Notes: generated by a model from the letters alone, not told the origin. Positions 1-9,554 are shown, counted from the stretch's first letter. The stretch: 60,667 bases of DNA from Trueperaceae bacterium (GCA_036381675.1 DASVCK010000079.1:1-60667); one strand, 5' to 3'. Program-made: numbers and translations.

Positions 1-1928
1 GGCAGCCCGCGGTCCGCCGCTTCGGCCATGAGCTCTCGTCGCAGGCCCCGCCAGGCGCCGTGAAGCCTGGCCGCTCTCGCGAAGTCGGCGAGCGTCTGCT
101 CGTTGCTGTACACCTGCAGGTTCAGCCGCGGGCGGTTCCCTTCGTGGGTCCGCAGCACCGCGGTGAACGCCATCAGCTCCCCCCAGCGCGCCAGCAGTTC
201 CCGCGAGCGCACGCGGCGCGGCAGAGGATAGACGGTCGACGTGTAACCTCCGACGTCGCCGTGTTGGAGGCTGTACCCGGCGAAGCCGGAGCTGAGTAGC
301 CCGGTCAGGGCGCTGCGCAGGCCGTCGTGCTCGTCCCAGGTGACGGTCTGGTCGCCGAGCCAGAAGAGCCCGGCGTCCCGCGGGCTGCCCATGTAGCCGG
401 AGCGGAAGAACGTCAGGAAGTCCTCGGGCCGGCGGCCCAACCGCTCGGCCAGCCTCTCCCGCAGGCGCCTGTTGAAGGTCGCCCAGGCCTCCGGGTAGCG
501 GTTGTGCCACTCGTGGGCGACACCATCTGCCAGTAGCGCGTCGAACGGCAGGCCCTCGCCGAAGTCAGCCATCCAGCCGTGCGCCCTGGTCTCGGCCAGC
601 TTGTCGGTCAACGTCTCGAGGTACCACGCGACGGCCTCGCTGTCGCTGAGGTCGACGAGACCCGCCTCGAAGTCGCCCTGGTCCGTCATGTACACGTCGC
701 CGGCCCGCGTCCGCACGAAGCGTCCCTGGGCCTTGCCGACCGTGAACAGGTCCGGCCTGCCTCCCGGTCTGAGTGACATCTCGGCCAGGAACGGGTTGAC
801 GTACACGAGGGCGGACAGGCCCTTCCCTTCCAACCAGTCGACCAGCGCGTCCCAGTCCGGGTACCTGTCCCGGTTGAGCTGCCAGTCCCACCACAGTCGC
901 TGGCCGAAGCCGACGGTCCGGTTCCCGACCCAGTCCTGGAGCCAGACGCCGGCCAGCGGGGCGCCGTGCCGCTCGAGGGCTCCCACCACGCTCCTGACCT
1001 TGTCCGAGCCGCCTTGAAGACCGAGGATCGCGCCGCGGTCGGCCCAGCCGGGCAGCGGCGCCATGCGGCCCGCGTGCCGCGTGTAGGCCTCGATGAGCTC
1101 GGCGGGCGTGCTGCCGACGATCACGCGTGCCGTGGCCTGGGGCGCGTAGACACGGGCGCTCGCCACGCTGGGGTGACGCAGGTCGAGCTGCATGGGGTAG
1201 CTGTCGACCAGGTAGAGGCCGCGTGGCTCGCTGGTGTAGAGGACTGGTGCCGGCGCGTAGGTGCTCCACCACTGTCCGCCGGCGCCGCCGTAGAGCTCCG
1301 CCAGCAGGGTGAGCGGTTGGGCGCCTCTGCCCACGCCCTGCTCCACGGTCAGCATGGGCAGACGGCGGCCCGACATATCGAGGTGGCTGAACTGCACGCC
1401 ACCGCCGAAGACCGCGCTGCCGCGCCTGCGCTCCCAGAGCAGCTCGGCCCACGGGCCCGGCGCCGGCACGTCCGCGCCAGTGGCGCCCTGCTCCACCGCC
1501 AGCGGGGCCGCCCTGGCGCCGGGCCCGACGAGCCGTAGCGCCACCTCGAGCGTCTCGTCGTCCACGCAGCGGAACGCGACGCTGTACGGGGAGTCCCGGC
1601 CCTCCCACGGGCCGGCGAAGTGGCCTCCGAAGCGCAGCACACCACCTTCTTGGACCACGGTCTCCAGCACCTGGTCGGCCAGCCGTTGGCGCACCTGCTC
1701 GTCGATGCCCAGGTGCCCCGCCAGGCCGGTGAACCTGACCTCGCCACGCACCGCGGCCGCGAACGCCCCGGGGGCCGGCGACGCCAGCGCCACCCCGCCC
1801 GGCGCGGCGGGGTGGCGGACCACGAGTCGTGCGTCGCTCAGGACCACCTCGAACGGGCCAAGGCGCCAGGAGCCGGGCCCGACCTCACCGGCCAGCACCA
1901 GGCGCCCCGGTTGTACGGGCGGCGGCAT
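1..1928 (-). CDS. Glycoside hydrolase family 31, YihQ-like (alpha-glucosidase or putative sulfoquinovosidase). About 642 N-terminal codons are present; the C-terminus runs off the left edge.
   Basis: Hand translation of the one minus frame missing from the ORF track (open-ended, so not listed). From ATG at 1928-1926 it reads MPPPVQPGRLVLAG...GVWLQDWVGNRTVGFGQRLWWDWQLNRDRYPDW...VYVNPF...GWMADFGEGLPFD...WLGDQTVTWDEHDGL...HGDVGGYTS...RSRELLARWGELMAFTAVLRTHEGNRP. These are classic GH31/YihQ-family blocks. GC3-rich codons, with no stop down to position 1. Confidence 0.85.
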   Translation of the reverse strand, partial: MPPPVQPGRLVLAGEVGPGSWRLGPFEVVLSDARLVVRHPAAPGGVALASPAPGAFAAAVRGEVRFTGLAGHLGIDEQVRQRLADQVLETVVQEGGVLRFGGHFAGPWEGRDSPYSVAFRCVDDETLEVALRLVGPGARAAPLAVEQGATGADVPAPGPWAELLWERRRGSAVFGGGVQFSHLDMSGRRLPMLTVEQGVGRGAQPLTLLAELYGGAGGQWWSTYAPAPVLYTSEPRGLYLVDSYPMQLDLRHPSVASARVYAPQATARVIVGSTPAELIEAYTRHAGRMAPLPGWADRGAILGLQGGSDKVRSVVGALERHGAPLAGVWLQDWVGNRTVGFGQRLWWDWQLNRDRYPDWDALVDWLEGKGLSALVYVNPFLAEMSLRPGGRPDLFTVGKAQGRFVRTRAGDVYMTDQGDFEAGLVDLSDSEAVAWYLETLTDKLAETRAHGWMADFGEGLPFDALLADGVAHEWHNRYPEAWATFNRRLRERLAERLGRRPEDFLTFFRSGYMGSPRDAGLFWLGDQTVTWDEHDGLRSALTGLLSSGFAGYSLQHGDVGGYTSTVYPLPRRVRSRELLARWGELMAFTAVLRTHEGNRPRLNLQVYSNEQTLADFARAARLHGAWRGLRRELMAEAADRGL

Positions 1929-1990
1929 GAGCGCGCTCCGGTAAGCGAGCGCCGCCAGGCGAGCGACGCCGCTGCCCAGCCTCCGCAAGC

Positions 1991-2158
1991 TCAGCCCCCG
2001 GAGGGCCGGCGGCCGCTCTGCAGCGCAGCGAACGCCATGCCAAGGAAGACCGCGGCGAGGAAGTACATCAGGGGCCCGCCTCCCATGGCGGCCCGGTAGA
2101 GGAGCAGCCCGCCGACCGCGGCGAGCACGACGACGAGGACGATACGTGAGAGAGGCAT
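1991..2158 (-). CDS. Small hydrophobic membrane protein (55 aa), hypothetical
   Basis: Below the ORF-track size cutoff. Hand translation: MPLSRIVLVVVLAAVGGLLLYRAAMGGGPLMYFLAAVFLGMAFAALQSGRRPSGG*. Strong GC3 bias, two predicted TM helices, 62 nt upstream of the GH31 start on the same strand. Confidence 0.4.
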   Translation of the reverse strand: MPLSRIVLVVVLAAVGGLLLYRAAMGGGPLMYFLAAVFLGMAFAALQSGRRPSGG

Positions 2159-2224
2159 GACCTGCTCGCAGTCTAAGTCAGGCGCGGGTATCCCGGCTCA
2201 CACCGCGTCCCAGCGACCGTACGC

Positions 2225-3466
2225 GTGCGCGGTCCCGACCCTGGTACCGTCTGTCCTCAGGTGACGACCACGCCGCTGCGCCGGGCCACGTTGAGCGGCC
2301 TGAGCCTCACGTTCCTCCTGACGCTGTCGCACTCGGCGAACGACGCGTTCGCGAACGTCCTGCCGGTCTTCCTGCCATCGATCCAGGCGCGGCTGGGCCT
2401 GGGCGAGGCCGTGCTCGCAGTCGCCGTAGCCGTGGTCTCCATCTCGTCGAACGTGCTCCAGCCCGTCTTCGGCGGGTTCGTCGACCGCTGGGGCAGACGC
2501 AAGTCGGCAGCGCTGGGCCTGATAGTGGGCTCGACCCTGATGGGGTTCATCTCGGTGGCCCCCAGCGTCTGGTCGCTGTTCTTCGTGCTCGCCTTCGGCG
2601 GGCTCGGCTCGGCGATATTCCATCCCGCCGCGGCAGCCATGGCGCGCGACACCGGCGCGCAGCGCGGCCTCAGCATGAGCCTGTTCGCGGCCGGCGGCTC
2701 CTTCGGCTCGGCGCTCATGCCCGTGATCGTGCTGGCGATCGTGCGCGGCGTGGGAGCGCAGTACGTGCCCCTGCTGTCGGTGGTAGGTGTGCTGTTCGGC
2801 CTGGCGCTGCTGGTCTTGACCCCGCCTCGTGCCGCGCCGGCGCAGGCGGCCGCAGCCAGGCGCCTGTTCGATCTGACGCTCATCGCCGGGCCCGTCGGGC
2901 TGCTGGCCGTGGGCGGCATCCTCCGCGCCATGGCGTTCATCAGCTTCACCAACGGCATGCCGCTGTTCCTGGCCAACGTGCGTGGCTTCGCCCCAGATGC
3001 GCCGGTGATCGGCCTCACCTTGTCCATCTACATGGGCGCCGCCTCGGTCGGCGGCATCCTCGCCGGCGTGCTGGAGCCGCGGGTCGGCCGCCTGCGGCTC
3101 ATGGTCACCTGCATGCTGGCGGCGTTACCCGCACTCCTGCTCGCGCTGCGCCTGGAGGCGCCGTCGCCGCTCTTCTTCGTCGTCGTGGCAGCGGCCGGCA
3201 TGCTCACGAACGCCAGCATCCCCTTGCTGATCATCACGGCGCAGGACCTCGCCCCCAACGACGTCGCGGCCGCCTCCGGCCTCCTGATGGGCTTCACCTG
3301 GGGCACGGCTGGCGTCGTCTACATCGCCTTCGGTGCGCTGCAGGAGATCATCGGCATCGGTCCTGCCCTGACGATCGGCTTCGCTTTCCTCTTGCCCGCC
3401 GCCGCCCTGGTGGCCTACGTGTTCAGGCGCAACAGGGCGGCGCTCCTGGCGGCTCGCGAGGCCTGA
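2225..3466 (+). CDS. MFS transporter (about 12 TM)
   Basis: 413-aa ORF that is hydrophobic throughout, with an MFS-like loop motif GGFVDRWGRRKS after TM2. The start is uncertain: GTG at 2225 or in-frame GTG at 2261. Confidence 0.8.
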   Translation: MRGPDPGTVCPQVTTTPLRRATLSGLSLTFLLTLSHSANDAFANVLPVFLPSIQARLGLGEAVLAVAVAVVSISSNVLQPVFGGFVDRWGRRKSAALGLIVGSTLMGFISVAPSVWSLFFVLAFGGLGSAIFHPAAAAMARDTGAQRGLSMSLFAAGGSFGSALMPVIVLAIVRGVGAQYVPLLSVVGVLFGLALLVLTPPRAAPAQAAAARRLFDLTLIAGPVGLLAVGGILRAMAFISFTNGMPLFLANVRGFAPDAPVIGLTLSIYMGAASVGGILAGVLEPRVGRLRLMVTCMLAALPALLLALRLEAPSPLFFVVVAAAGMLTNASIPLLIITAQDLAPNDVAAASGLLMGFTWGTAGVVYIAFGALQEIIGIGPALTIGFAFLLPAAALVAYVFRRNRAALLAAREA

Positions 3467-3533
3467 GAAGCCCCAACCGACGCCTCAGGAGAAGCGTGCC
3501 GCAGACGGCGAGTAGCTACCCCGCACCGAGGCT

Positions 3534-3953
3534 CTAGTTCCAGAGCGTCACTATCAGCGCCACGATCGAGAAGGCGATCACCGCGTTCAGGCCGTTGATC
3601 AGGAAGTACCCGCTGCCCTTGCCCTCGTAGGACTGGTTGACGAGGGCCGTCACCACGCCGAACCCGACGCCCAAGGTGACGCCGAGCGCGATCGCGTGGC
3701 CGACCGTGCGCGCTCCTATGCTCTCGGAGACGAGCGCGATGACGACCGACGTCACGAAGTAGCCGATCAGGGTCGGGATGAACAGCAGGGCCAACGGTGG
3801 CGCGTCCTCGCGTCCCATCTCCACGCGCGCCTCGCGCTGCCACGCCTTGCTGAGCGGCGGCACCGAGTACCAGAAGGCCGAGAAGGCGAACCACGCGACG
3901 GTCGCTACCAGCACCGCCAGCCAGTTGATGTCCGGGAACGCATCGAAGATCAC
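3534..3953 (-). CDS. DUF1761 family membrane protein
   Basis: ...DINWLAVLVATVAWFAFSAFWYSVPPLSKAW... is the typical DUF1761 N-terminus. I place the start at GTG 3953 because GGGAGG sits 7 nt upstream; the track ORF extends to 3995. Confidence 0.75.
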   Translation of the reverse strand: MIFDAFPDINWLAVLVATVAWFAFSAFWYSVPPLSKAWQREARVEMGREDAPPLALLFIPTLIGYFVTSVVIALVSESIGARTVGHAIALGVTLGVGFGVVTALVNQSYEGKGSGYFLINGLNAVIAFSIVALIVTLWN

Positions 3954-4048
3954 GAGATTGCCTCCCTGGGCCGGGCGACCTGACCGCTCCGCCACGGCTG
4001 CCCCAGCTCATTCATGTGCCTCACAGGAAGTGGGGCAGGTGAAGTCCC

Positions 4049-4840
4049 TTACACCTCGCCCAGGTAGGCGCGCTTCATGCCCTCGTTCTGCAGTAGCTCC
4101 TTGGCAGGGCCGGATAGCACGACCTGGCCCGTCTGCAGCACGTAGCCCCTGTCGGCGATCGACAGCGCGATGTTCGCGTTCTGCTCCACCACGAACACGC
4201 TGATGCCCCTGTCGTTGACCTGCTTGATGATCTCGAAGATGCGCTCGACGAACAGCGGGGCCAGGCCCATGGACGGCTCGTCCATCAGGATCAGCCTGGG
4301 GCGGCTCATGAGGGCGCGTCCCATCGCCAGCATCTGCTGCTCGCCGCCTGACATCGTGCCGCCCAGCTGGTGCAGGCGCTCGCCGAGCCGAGGGAAGAGC
4401 CCGAAGACGTACTCGAGGTCCTCCTCGATCGCGGCCTTGTCGTCCCTCAGGTAGGCGCCCATGTCGAGGTTCTCGAGCACCGTCAGCTTGGGGAAGATGC
4501 GCCGGTTCTCGGGTACCACCGCCATGCCCCTGGCGATCCGCTCCGACGTGGAGGTCTCGTCGATCCGCTCGCCGCGGTACCACAGCTCGCCGGCGCTAAG
4601 GCGCACGATGCCGAGGATCGTCTTGAGCGTCGTGCTCTTGCCGGACGCGTTGCCGCCCAGCAGGCAGACCATCTCGCCCGGGTAGATGACCATGTCCACG
4701 TCGCGCAGGACCTGGATGGGCCCGTAGTGGGTATCGACGCCCCTCAGCTCGAGGAGCTTCTCGCGCTGGTCCCCGGGCGCCACGCTCGCCGGCGCAGCGG
4801 TCGCCGCGGACCTCTGGCCCATCGCCGCGTCGGCGCTCAT
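4049..4840 (-). CDS. livF: Branched-chain amino-acid-type ABC transporter ATP-binding protein (LivF-like)
   Basis: Walker A GGNASGKST, signature MSGGEQQML, Walker B LILMDEPS, C-terminal KRAYLGEV. The start ATG at 4840 forms an ATGA overlap with the livG stop. The 424-aa track ORF is an upstream over-extension. Confidence 0.9.
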   Translation of the reverse strand: MSADAAMGQRSAATAAPASVAPGDQREKLLELRGVDTHYGPIQVLRDVDMVIYPGEMVCLLGGNASGKSTTLKTILGIVRLSAGELWYRGERIDETSTSERIARGMAVVPENRRIFPKLTVLENLDMGAYLRDDKAAIEEDLEYVFGLFPRLGERLHQLGGTMSGGEQQMLAMGRALMSRPRLILMDEPSMGLAPLFVERIFEIIKQVNDRGISVFVVEQNANIALSIADRGYVLQTGQVVLSGPAKELLQNEGMKRAYLGEV

Positions 4841-5646
4841 AGGTCCGCCGCCGTACCGGACAGCTGGGCGCCCTGCTCGGCGGCGCGCTTGCCGAGGTAC
4901 GCCTCGATGACCTCGGGGTCGTTGACGACGTCGGCGTAGGAGCCCTCGGCGATCTTGCGGCCGTAGTCGAGCACGACCACGCGATCGCTGATGTCCTTGA
5001 CGAGGTTCATCTTGTGCTCCACCAGGACGATCGTGTAGCCGCCGTCGTCGCGCATGCGCCGGATGATGTCGGTGATCTCGGCCGTCTCGCTCGGGTTCAT
5101 GCCGGCGCTGGGCTCGTCCAGCAGCAGCAGGCGCGCGCCCGTCGCCATGGCCCGCGCCATCTCGGTGCGGCGACGGTTCGCGTAGGAGAGCACCTCGACG
5201 GGTTGGTCCAGGCGGAAGGACATGAGGCGCGGGCCGAAGAACGCCAGCTTCTCCAGCGCCACCTCGTGCATCTCGCGCTCCTGACGCATGTAGCCGGGCG
5301 TGCGCAGCACGCTGGCGAACCACGTGGTGTTAAGACGGTGGTGCTGGGATATGAGCACGTTCTGCAGCACGCTCAGGTTGTTGAACAGCCTCAGGTTCTG
5401 GAACGTGCGAGCGATCCCGAGGTCGACGATCCGGTTGGGCTTGAGGCCGCTGATCTGCTTGCCCTCGAAGAGGATGCGCCCGGTGTCGGGCCGGTAGACG
5501 CCGGTGATCAGGTTGAACAAGGTGGTCTTGCCGGCTCCGTTGGGGCCGATGACGCTGACGATCTCACCCTTTGACACCTGCAGCGACAACTGCGAGATGG
5601 CCTGGAGCCCACCGAACGCCTTGTTGATCGCCTCGATCCTCAGCAT
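4837..5646 (-). CDS. livG: Branched-chain amino-acid-type ABC transporter ATP-binding protein (LivG-like)
   Basis: MLRIEAINKAFGGLQAISQLSL..., GPNGAGKTTLFN, LLLLDEPSAGMNP, C-terminal VIEAYLG. Confidence 0.92.
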   Translation of the reverse strand: MLRIEAINKAFGGLQAISQLSLQVSKGEIVSVIGPNGAGKTTLFNLITGVYRPDTGRILFEGKQISGLKPNRIVDLGIARTFQNLRLFNNLSVLQNVLISQHHRLNTTWFASVLRTPGYMRQEREMHEVALEKLAFFGPRLMSFRLDQPVEVLSYANRRRTEMARAMATGARLLLLDEPSAGMNPSETAEITDIIRRMRDDGGYTIVLVEHKMNLVKDISDRVVVLDYGRKIAEGSYADVVNDPEVIEAYLGKRAAEQGAQLSGTAADL

Positions 5647-5649
5647 CGG

Positions 5650-7032
5650 CTACTCCTCGGCCCCGCTGCCGGCTGTCGCGTCGCCGCCCCGGTGAAGCCA
5701 GGCGTCCTGGCGCCGCTCCTCCTCGGTAGGCACGTCCTTGCGGTCCTTCAGGAGCCAGGTCCACTGGAACTCGCGTCGGCCCATGATGCCGGCCGGCTTG
5801 AAGATCATGATCACGACGAGCAGCACGGACAGCGCGATCGCGCGCATGCCGAACCCCTGCCACCGCGAGGCGAGCTGCGCGTCGAGCAGCCCCGACAAGG
5901 CCAACAAGGCGGCCAGCACACCCACCACCGCCGCGCCGATCACGAACGGGTTGGCGACCGGGCGCAGCCGGCGGTTGCGGCGGTACAGCCAACCCAGCGC
6001 GGCCGCCACGACGAGCACCGCCCCGGCCGCGATCAGCCACGTGCTGAGCGGATAGGCCTGCTCGAGAGGGTCGCCGTACTGCCTCACCCAGACGACCAGC
6101 ACGGTGCCGATCAGCGCCCCCGTTATCGAACCGGTGCCGCCCACCGAGATCGCCACGAGGAAGTAGAAGGTCAACGTGAACAGGAACAGGTCGAGGCGGG
6201 CAGTGCCCACCCAGCTGACCCACAGGCCGCCTGCGACGCCGGCGAAGAACGCCGAGATGATGAACGCCAGCACCTTGTGATAGGCGATGTTGACGCCCAT
6301 GGCCTCGGCCGCGATCTCGTCCTCCCGTATGCTTTGCAGCGCCCGGCCGTAGGACCCTTTCTTGAGGCGCGCGAACACGAAGACGGTCAGCGCCAGCGCG
6401 CCGAAGGTCCACCACACGCTCTTGCCGAACTGGCTGGGCACGCCCGCGAACCCGAGCGCCCCGTTCGTGTACGAGGCCATGAGCGGCGTGGACGCCAGCA
6501 GCCTTATGACCTCACCGAACGCGAAGGTGACGACGGCGAGGTAGTCACCGCGCAGCCGGAGGCTCGGGAAGCCGACGATGAGCCCGAACACCGCCGCCAG
6601 CAGGCCGCCCAGGAGAGCGGCGATGACGAACCGCACCCCGATGGTCTCGGGCGTGGCCAGGAAGTCCAGCCCCAGCGCGTTCATCCAGCGCTCCACCGAC
6701 AGCCCGATCGCGAGGTCAGACAGCGAGTTACGCGCCGAGAACGACAGGTTCTCGCGCGCGGACTCGGGCAGCATCAACAGTCCCGTCACGTAGCCGCCGA
6801 TGAGCATGAACCCGTGATGCCCCAGCGAAAGGATGCCGGTCACCCCGTTGATGAGGTTGAGGCTCACCGTGGCTATGCCCCAGATCGCGAAGAGCGCGAA
6901 CACCTGACCCAGCTTCACGCTGCCGCTGGACTGCACGAAGAACAGCACCACGACGAGGGCGATCACGGCGGCCACGTTCAGCAGGCGCCGCAGCATCACG
7001 CCCCGAGGACCGTAGTCCGGCGTCCCCGGCAT
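5650..7032 (-). CDS. livM: Liv-type ABC permease (LivM-like) with a C-terminal extension
   Basis: Polytopic membrane protein with an RLRGDYLAVVTFAFGE block. The ATG at 7032 overlaps the livH stop (TGATG). 460 aa. Confidence 0.85.
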   Translation of the reverse strand: MPGTPDYGPRGVMLRRLLNVAAVIALVVVLFFVQSSGSVKLGQVFALFAIWGIATVSLNLINGVTGILSLGHHGFMLIGGYVTGLLMLPESARENLSFSARNSLSDLAIGLSVERWMNALGLDFLATPETIGVRFVIAALLGGLLAAVFGLIVGFPSLRLRGDYLAVVTFAFGEVIRLLASTPLMASYTNGALGFAGVPSQFGKSVWWTFGALALTVFVFARLKKGSYGRALQSIREDEIAAEAMGVNIAYHKVLAFIISAFFAGVAGGLWVSWVGTARLDLFLFTLTFYFLVAISVGGTGSITGALIGTVLVVWVRQYGDPLEQAYPLSTWLIAAGAVLVVAAALGWLYRRNRRLRPVANPFVIGAAVVGVLAALLALSGLLDAQLASRWQGFGMRAIALSVLLVVIMIFKPAGIMGRREFQWTWLLKDRKDVPTEEERRQDAWLHRGGDATAGSGAEE

Positions 7033-8258
7033 CACACCTTCTCCGAGAGGTCCTCGCCCACGATCCCGGAGGGCCGCAGCAGGAGGATGAGGATCATGGC
7101 GAGGAAGGCGAAGGTGTCCTTGTACTCGGTGATGCCGGTGAAGTCGCCGACGCGCGGGAACAGGGCGGTCAGGAAGTTCTCGAGGAAGCCGAGCAGCAGC
7201 CCGCCGATCACGGCTCCCGGCAGGCTGCCGATGCCGCCGATGACGGCGGCGGCGAACGCCTTGATGCCGGGCAGGATCCCGAATATGGCGGGCTGGTTGA
7301 TGCTGCCGAAGCTCATGCCCCACATGACGGCGGCAGCGGCCGCGAGCATGGAGCCGAGCAGGAAGGTAGAGGCTATGACGCGGTCGACGTCGACACCCAT
7401 CATCCGCGCCGTCTCGGCGTCCTGGGAGGTCGCGCGCATGGCGCGCCCGAGCCGGGTGCGGGTCACGAGGGTCGTGAGCACCGCGACCAGGAGGAGCGTC
7501 ACGGCCGGCACCAGCACGATCATCCAGGTCGCGAACACGGTCTCACCGCCCACTTGGAAGGTGAGCCCGCCCGTGAAGAAGCTCGGCGGGCGGAACGGCG
7601 TCTGGCGGTTGGTGAAAGCGAGTATCCCGAAGTTCTGCAGGAAGAACGACACGGCGATGGCTGTGATCAGCATCGAGTTGCGGGGCGCTCCCCTGAGCGG
7701 CTTGTAGGCGACGCGGTCGATGGTCATGCCCAGCACGCCGGTCACGAACATGCTGCCGACCATCGCGCCCAGCCACCCGAAGCGCACGGAGGCCAGCGCC
7801 ACGGCCACGGCCACGAACGCCACGAGCGCGGCTCCCAGCACGATGGGCCGGCCCAACACTCGGAAGAAGCCGAGGAAGTGCATGAACCCGTACGCCACGA
7901 CCGCGGCCACGAGCAGCGCGACGGGCCACGAGTAGGGCGTGCCGCTGAACAGGAAGAACGCCGCGAAGGCGCCCACCATGAACACCTCGCCGTGAGCGAA
8001 GTTGATCAGACGGATGATGCCGTAGACCATCGTGTAGCCCAGCGCGATGAGCGCGTACAGGCTGCCAAGCTGCAGCGACCTGACTGCAGCGCCGGCGAAG
8101 AACGCGGCGTTGAAGTTCTGGTTCACGGAGTGGAGGTAGACCATCCGCCAGGCGATGAGCCCCAGCACCGCGGCGCCGACGAGCCACGGGGCGACCCTGC
8201 GCAGAGCGCTCCGCCCGCCGGCGGATGCACCTCTACCAGAGTCAGCGCGGACTGACAT
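7032..8258 (-). CDS. livH: Liv-type ABC permease (LivH-like) with an N-terminal extension
   Basis: LGSLYALIALGYTMVYGIIRLINFAHGEVFMVGAF is the LivH signature. The start is uncertain: ATG 8258 (chosen), or the internal Met at 8144. Confidence 0.8.
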   Translation of the reverse strand: MSVRADSGRGASAGGRSALRRVAPWLVGAAVLGLIAWRMVYLHSVNQNFNAAFFAGAAVRSLQLGSLYALIALGYTMVYGIIRLINFAHGEVFMVGAFAAFFLFSGTPYSWPVALLVAAVVAYGFMHFLGFFRVLGRPIVLGAALVAFVAVAVALASVRFGWLGAMVGSMFVTGVLGMTIDRVAYKPLRGAPRNSMLITAIAVSFFLQNFGILAFTNRQTPFRPPSFFTGGLTFQVGGETVFATWMIVLVPAVTLLLVAVLTTLVTRTRLGRAMRATSQDAETARMMGVDVDRVIASTFLLGSMLAAAAAVMWGMSFGSINQPAIFGILPGIKAFAAAVIGGIGSLPGAVIGGLLLGFLENFLTALFPRVGDFTGITEYKDTFAFLAMILILLLRPSGIVGEDLSEKV

Positions 8259-8420
8259 CGACAAGCGATTACCCCATCTCTTCCGTATGCAGGTTCCGGC
8301 ACAAGATAACAGGACGCCCAGGCAAGTCAACGGCGAGGGCCGTGCTGCTGGCCCTCGCCGTTCCTGTCGTGGGTTGCCGTTCCCTCGGCCGGGCAAGAGC
8401 CCGGGCCTTGGACCCGGCCC

Positions 8421-9554
8421 TTACTCGAGCTGGATGCCCTGCAGCGTGACCTTCTCCCAGCCGTCCGCCGTCACCTGGTACTCGTAGAGGCCCATGACGC
8501 GGTTGGCAGGGGTGCCGTCCGTGCCGACGAAGGTGATCTCGCCGGACACGCCCGGGAAGCCCTCGAGGTTCGCGAGCGCGTCGCGCACCGCAGCGTTGTC
8601 GTCCGAGCCGGCAGCTTCGATCGCTGCCACGACGACCTTGTAGGCGTCGGCGCCGGCCAGGGTGAACCCGGTGAAGCCGGCGTCAGGGTACTCGGCCTTG
8701 TAGATCTCCCCGAAGGCGTTGGCGCGCTCGGCCGCCTCCCCGGAGAGCACCTCGGGCTCGCCGAAGCTGGTGAACGTGAAGCCGTTGAAGGCCTCGCCGC
8801 CGCCATCCGGGCACTGCGCGTCGTCGGAGGCGTCACCGCCGAGGATCTGCTGCTCGAAGCCCTGCTGCCTGAGCTGCGGGACCAGCGAGGCGGCCTCGGC
8901 GCAGAAGCCCGTGTAGTAGATCATCGTGGGGTCGAAGGACCGCAGGTCGTTGATCTGAGCCGAGAAGTCCACGGTGTTCGCAGTGAAGTCAAGGACGATG
9001 GTCTCGCCGCCCTGTGCCTCGAGCGCCTGCTGATAGAAGCCCGTGAGGCCGACCGAGTAATCGTCGTCCTGCTGCCGGAAGATCGCCACGCGGTCGCCCA
9101 AGCCCTCCGTCATCGTCCACTGCGCGGCGACCTGACCCTGGAACTGGTCGGTGTACGGGATGCGGAAGATGTAGTCGCCGATCTGAGTGGTGGCGGGGTT
9201 GGTCGAGCCCGTGCTGACCATCACGATACCGGCGTCCTGGAACACGTTGGCGGCAGGGATGCTGTGACTGGAGGCGTACGTGCCGAGCACGGCCACGGCG
9301 CCCTCGTCGACGAAGCGGTTCGCGCAGGCCACCGAGCCTTCGGGCGTGCTGGCGTTGTCGCAGATCGAGAGCTGGATGGGCCGGCCGAGGACGGAGTCCT
9401 GCTCCAAGTGCGCTACTTGGATGCCGTTGAGGGTGTCGTTGCCCGTCACGGTCATGCGGCCGGAGAGCTCGAGGTTGACACCGATGATGATCGGGTCTTG
9501 GGCCATGGCCGCACCCAGTACGGCCACCAAAAGCACGAAAGCGAGCCTTCTCAC
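8421..9554 (-). CDS. ABC substrate-binding protein, Leu/Ile/Val-binding family (Peripla_BP_6-like)
   Basis: Signal peptide MRRLAFVLLVAVLGAAMAQ followed by DPIIIGVNLELSG. GTG start at 9554 with GGGAGGA 6 nt upstream. First gene of the operon 9554->4049. Confidence 0.88.
   Translation of the reverse strand: MRRLAFVLLVAVLGAAMAQDPIIIGVNLELSGRMTVTGNDTLNGIQVAHLEQDSVLGRPIQLSICDNASTPEGSVACANRFVDEGAVAVLGTYASSHSIPAANVFQDAGIVMVSTGSTNPATTQIGDYIFRIPYTDQFQGQVAAQWTMTEGLGDRVAIFRQQDDDYSVGLTGFYQQALEAQGGETIVLDFTANTVDFSAQINDLRSFDPTMIYYTGFCAEAASLVPQLRQQGFEQQILGGDASDDAQCPDGGGEAFNGFTFTSFGEPEVLSGEAAERANAFGEIYKAEYPDAGFTGFTLAGADAYKVVVAAIEAAGSDDNAAVRDALANLEGFPGVSGEITFVGTDGTPANRVMGLYEYQVTADGWEKVTLQGIQLE

Noticed and set aside
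565-1608. A 347-aa minus-strand ORF, plus several 60-210-aa ORFs covering 60-2099
   Set aside because: They are extremely rich in Arg, Gly, Pro and Ala with no recognisable motifs. They occupy alternative frames of the region where the third minus frame encodes a clean GH31 protein. This is the typical high-GC shadow-ORF artefact.
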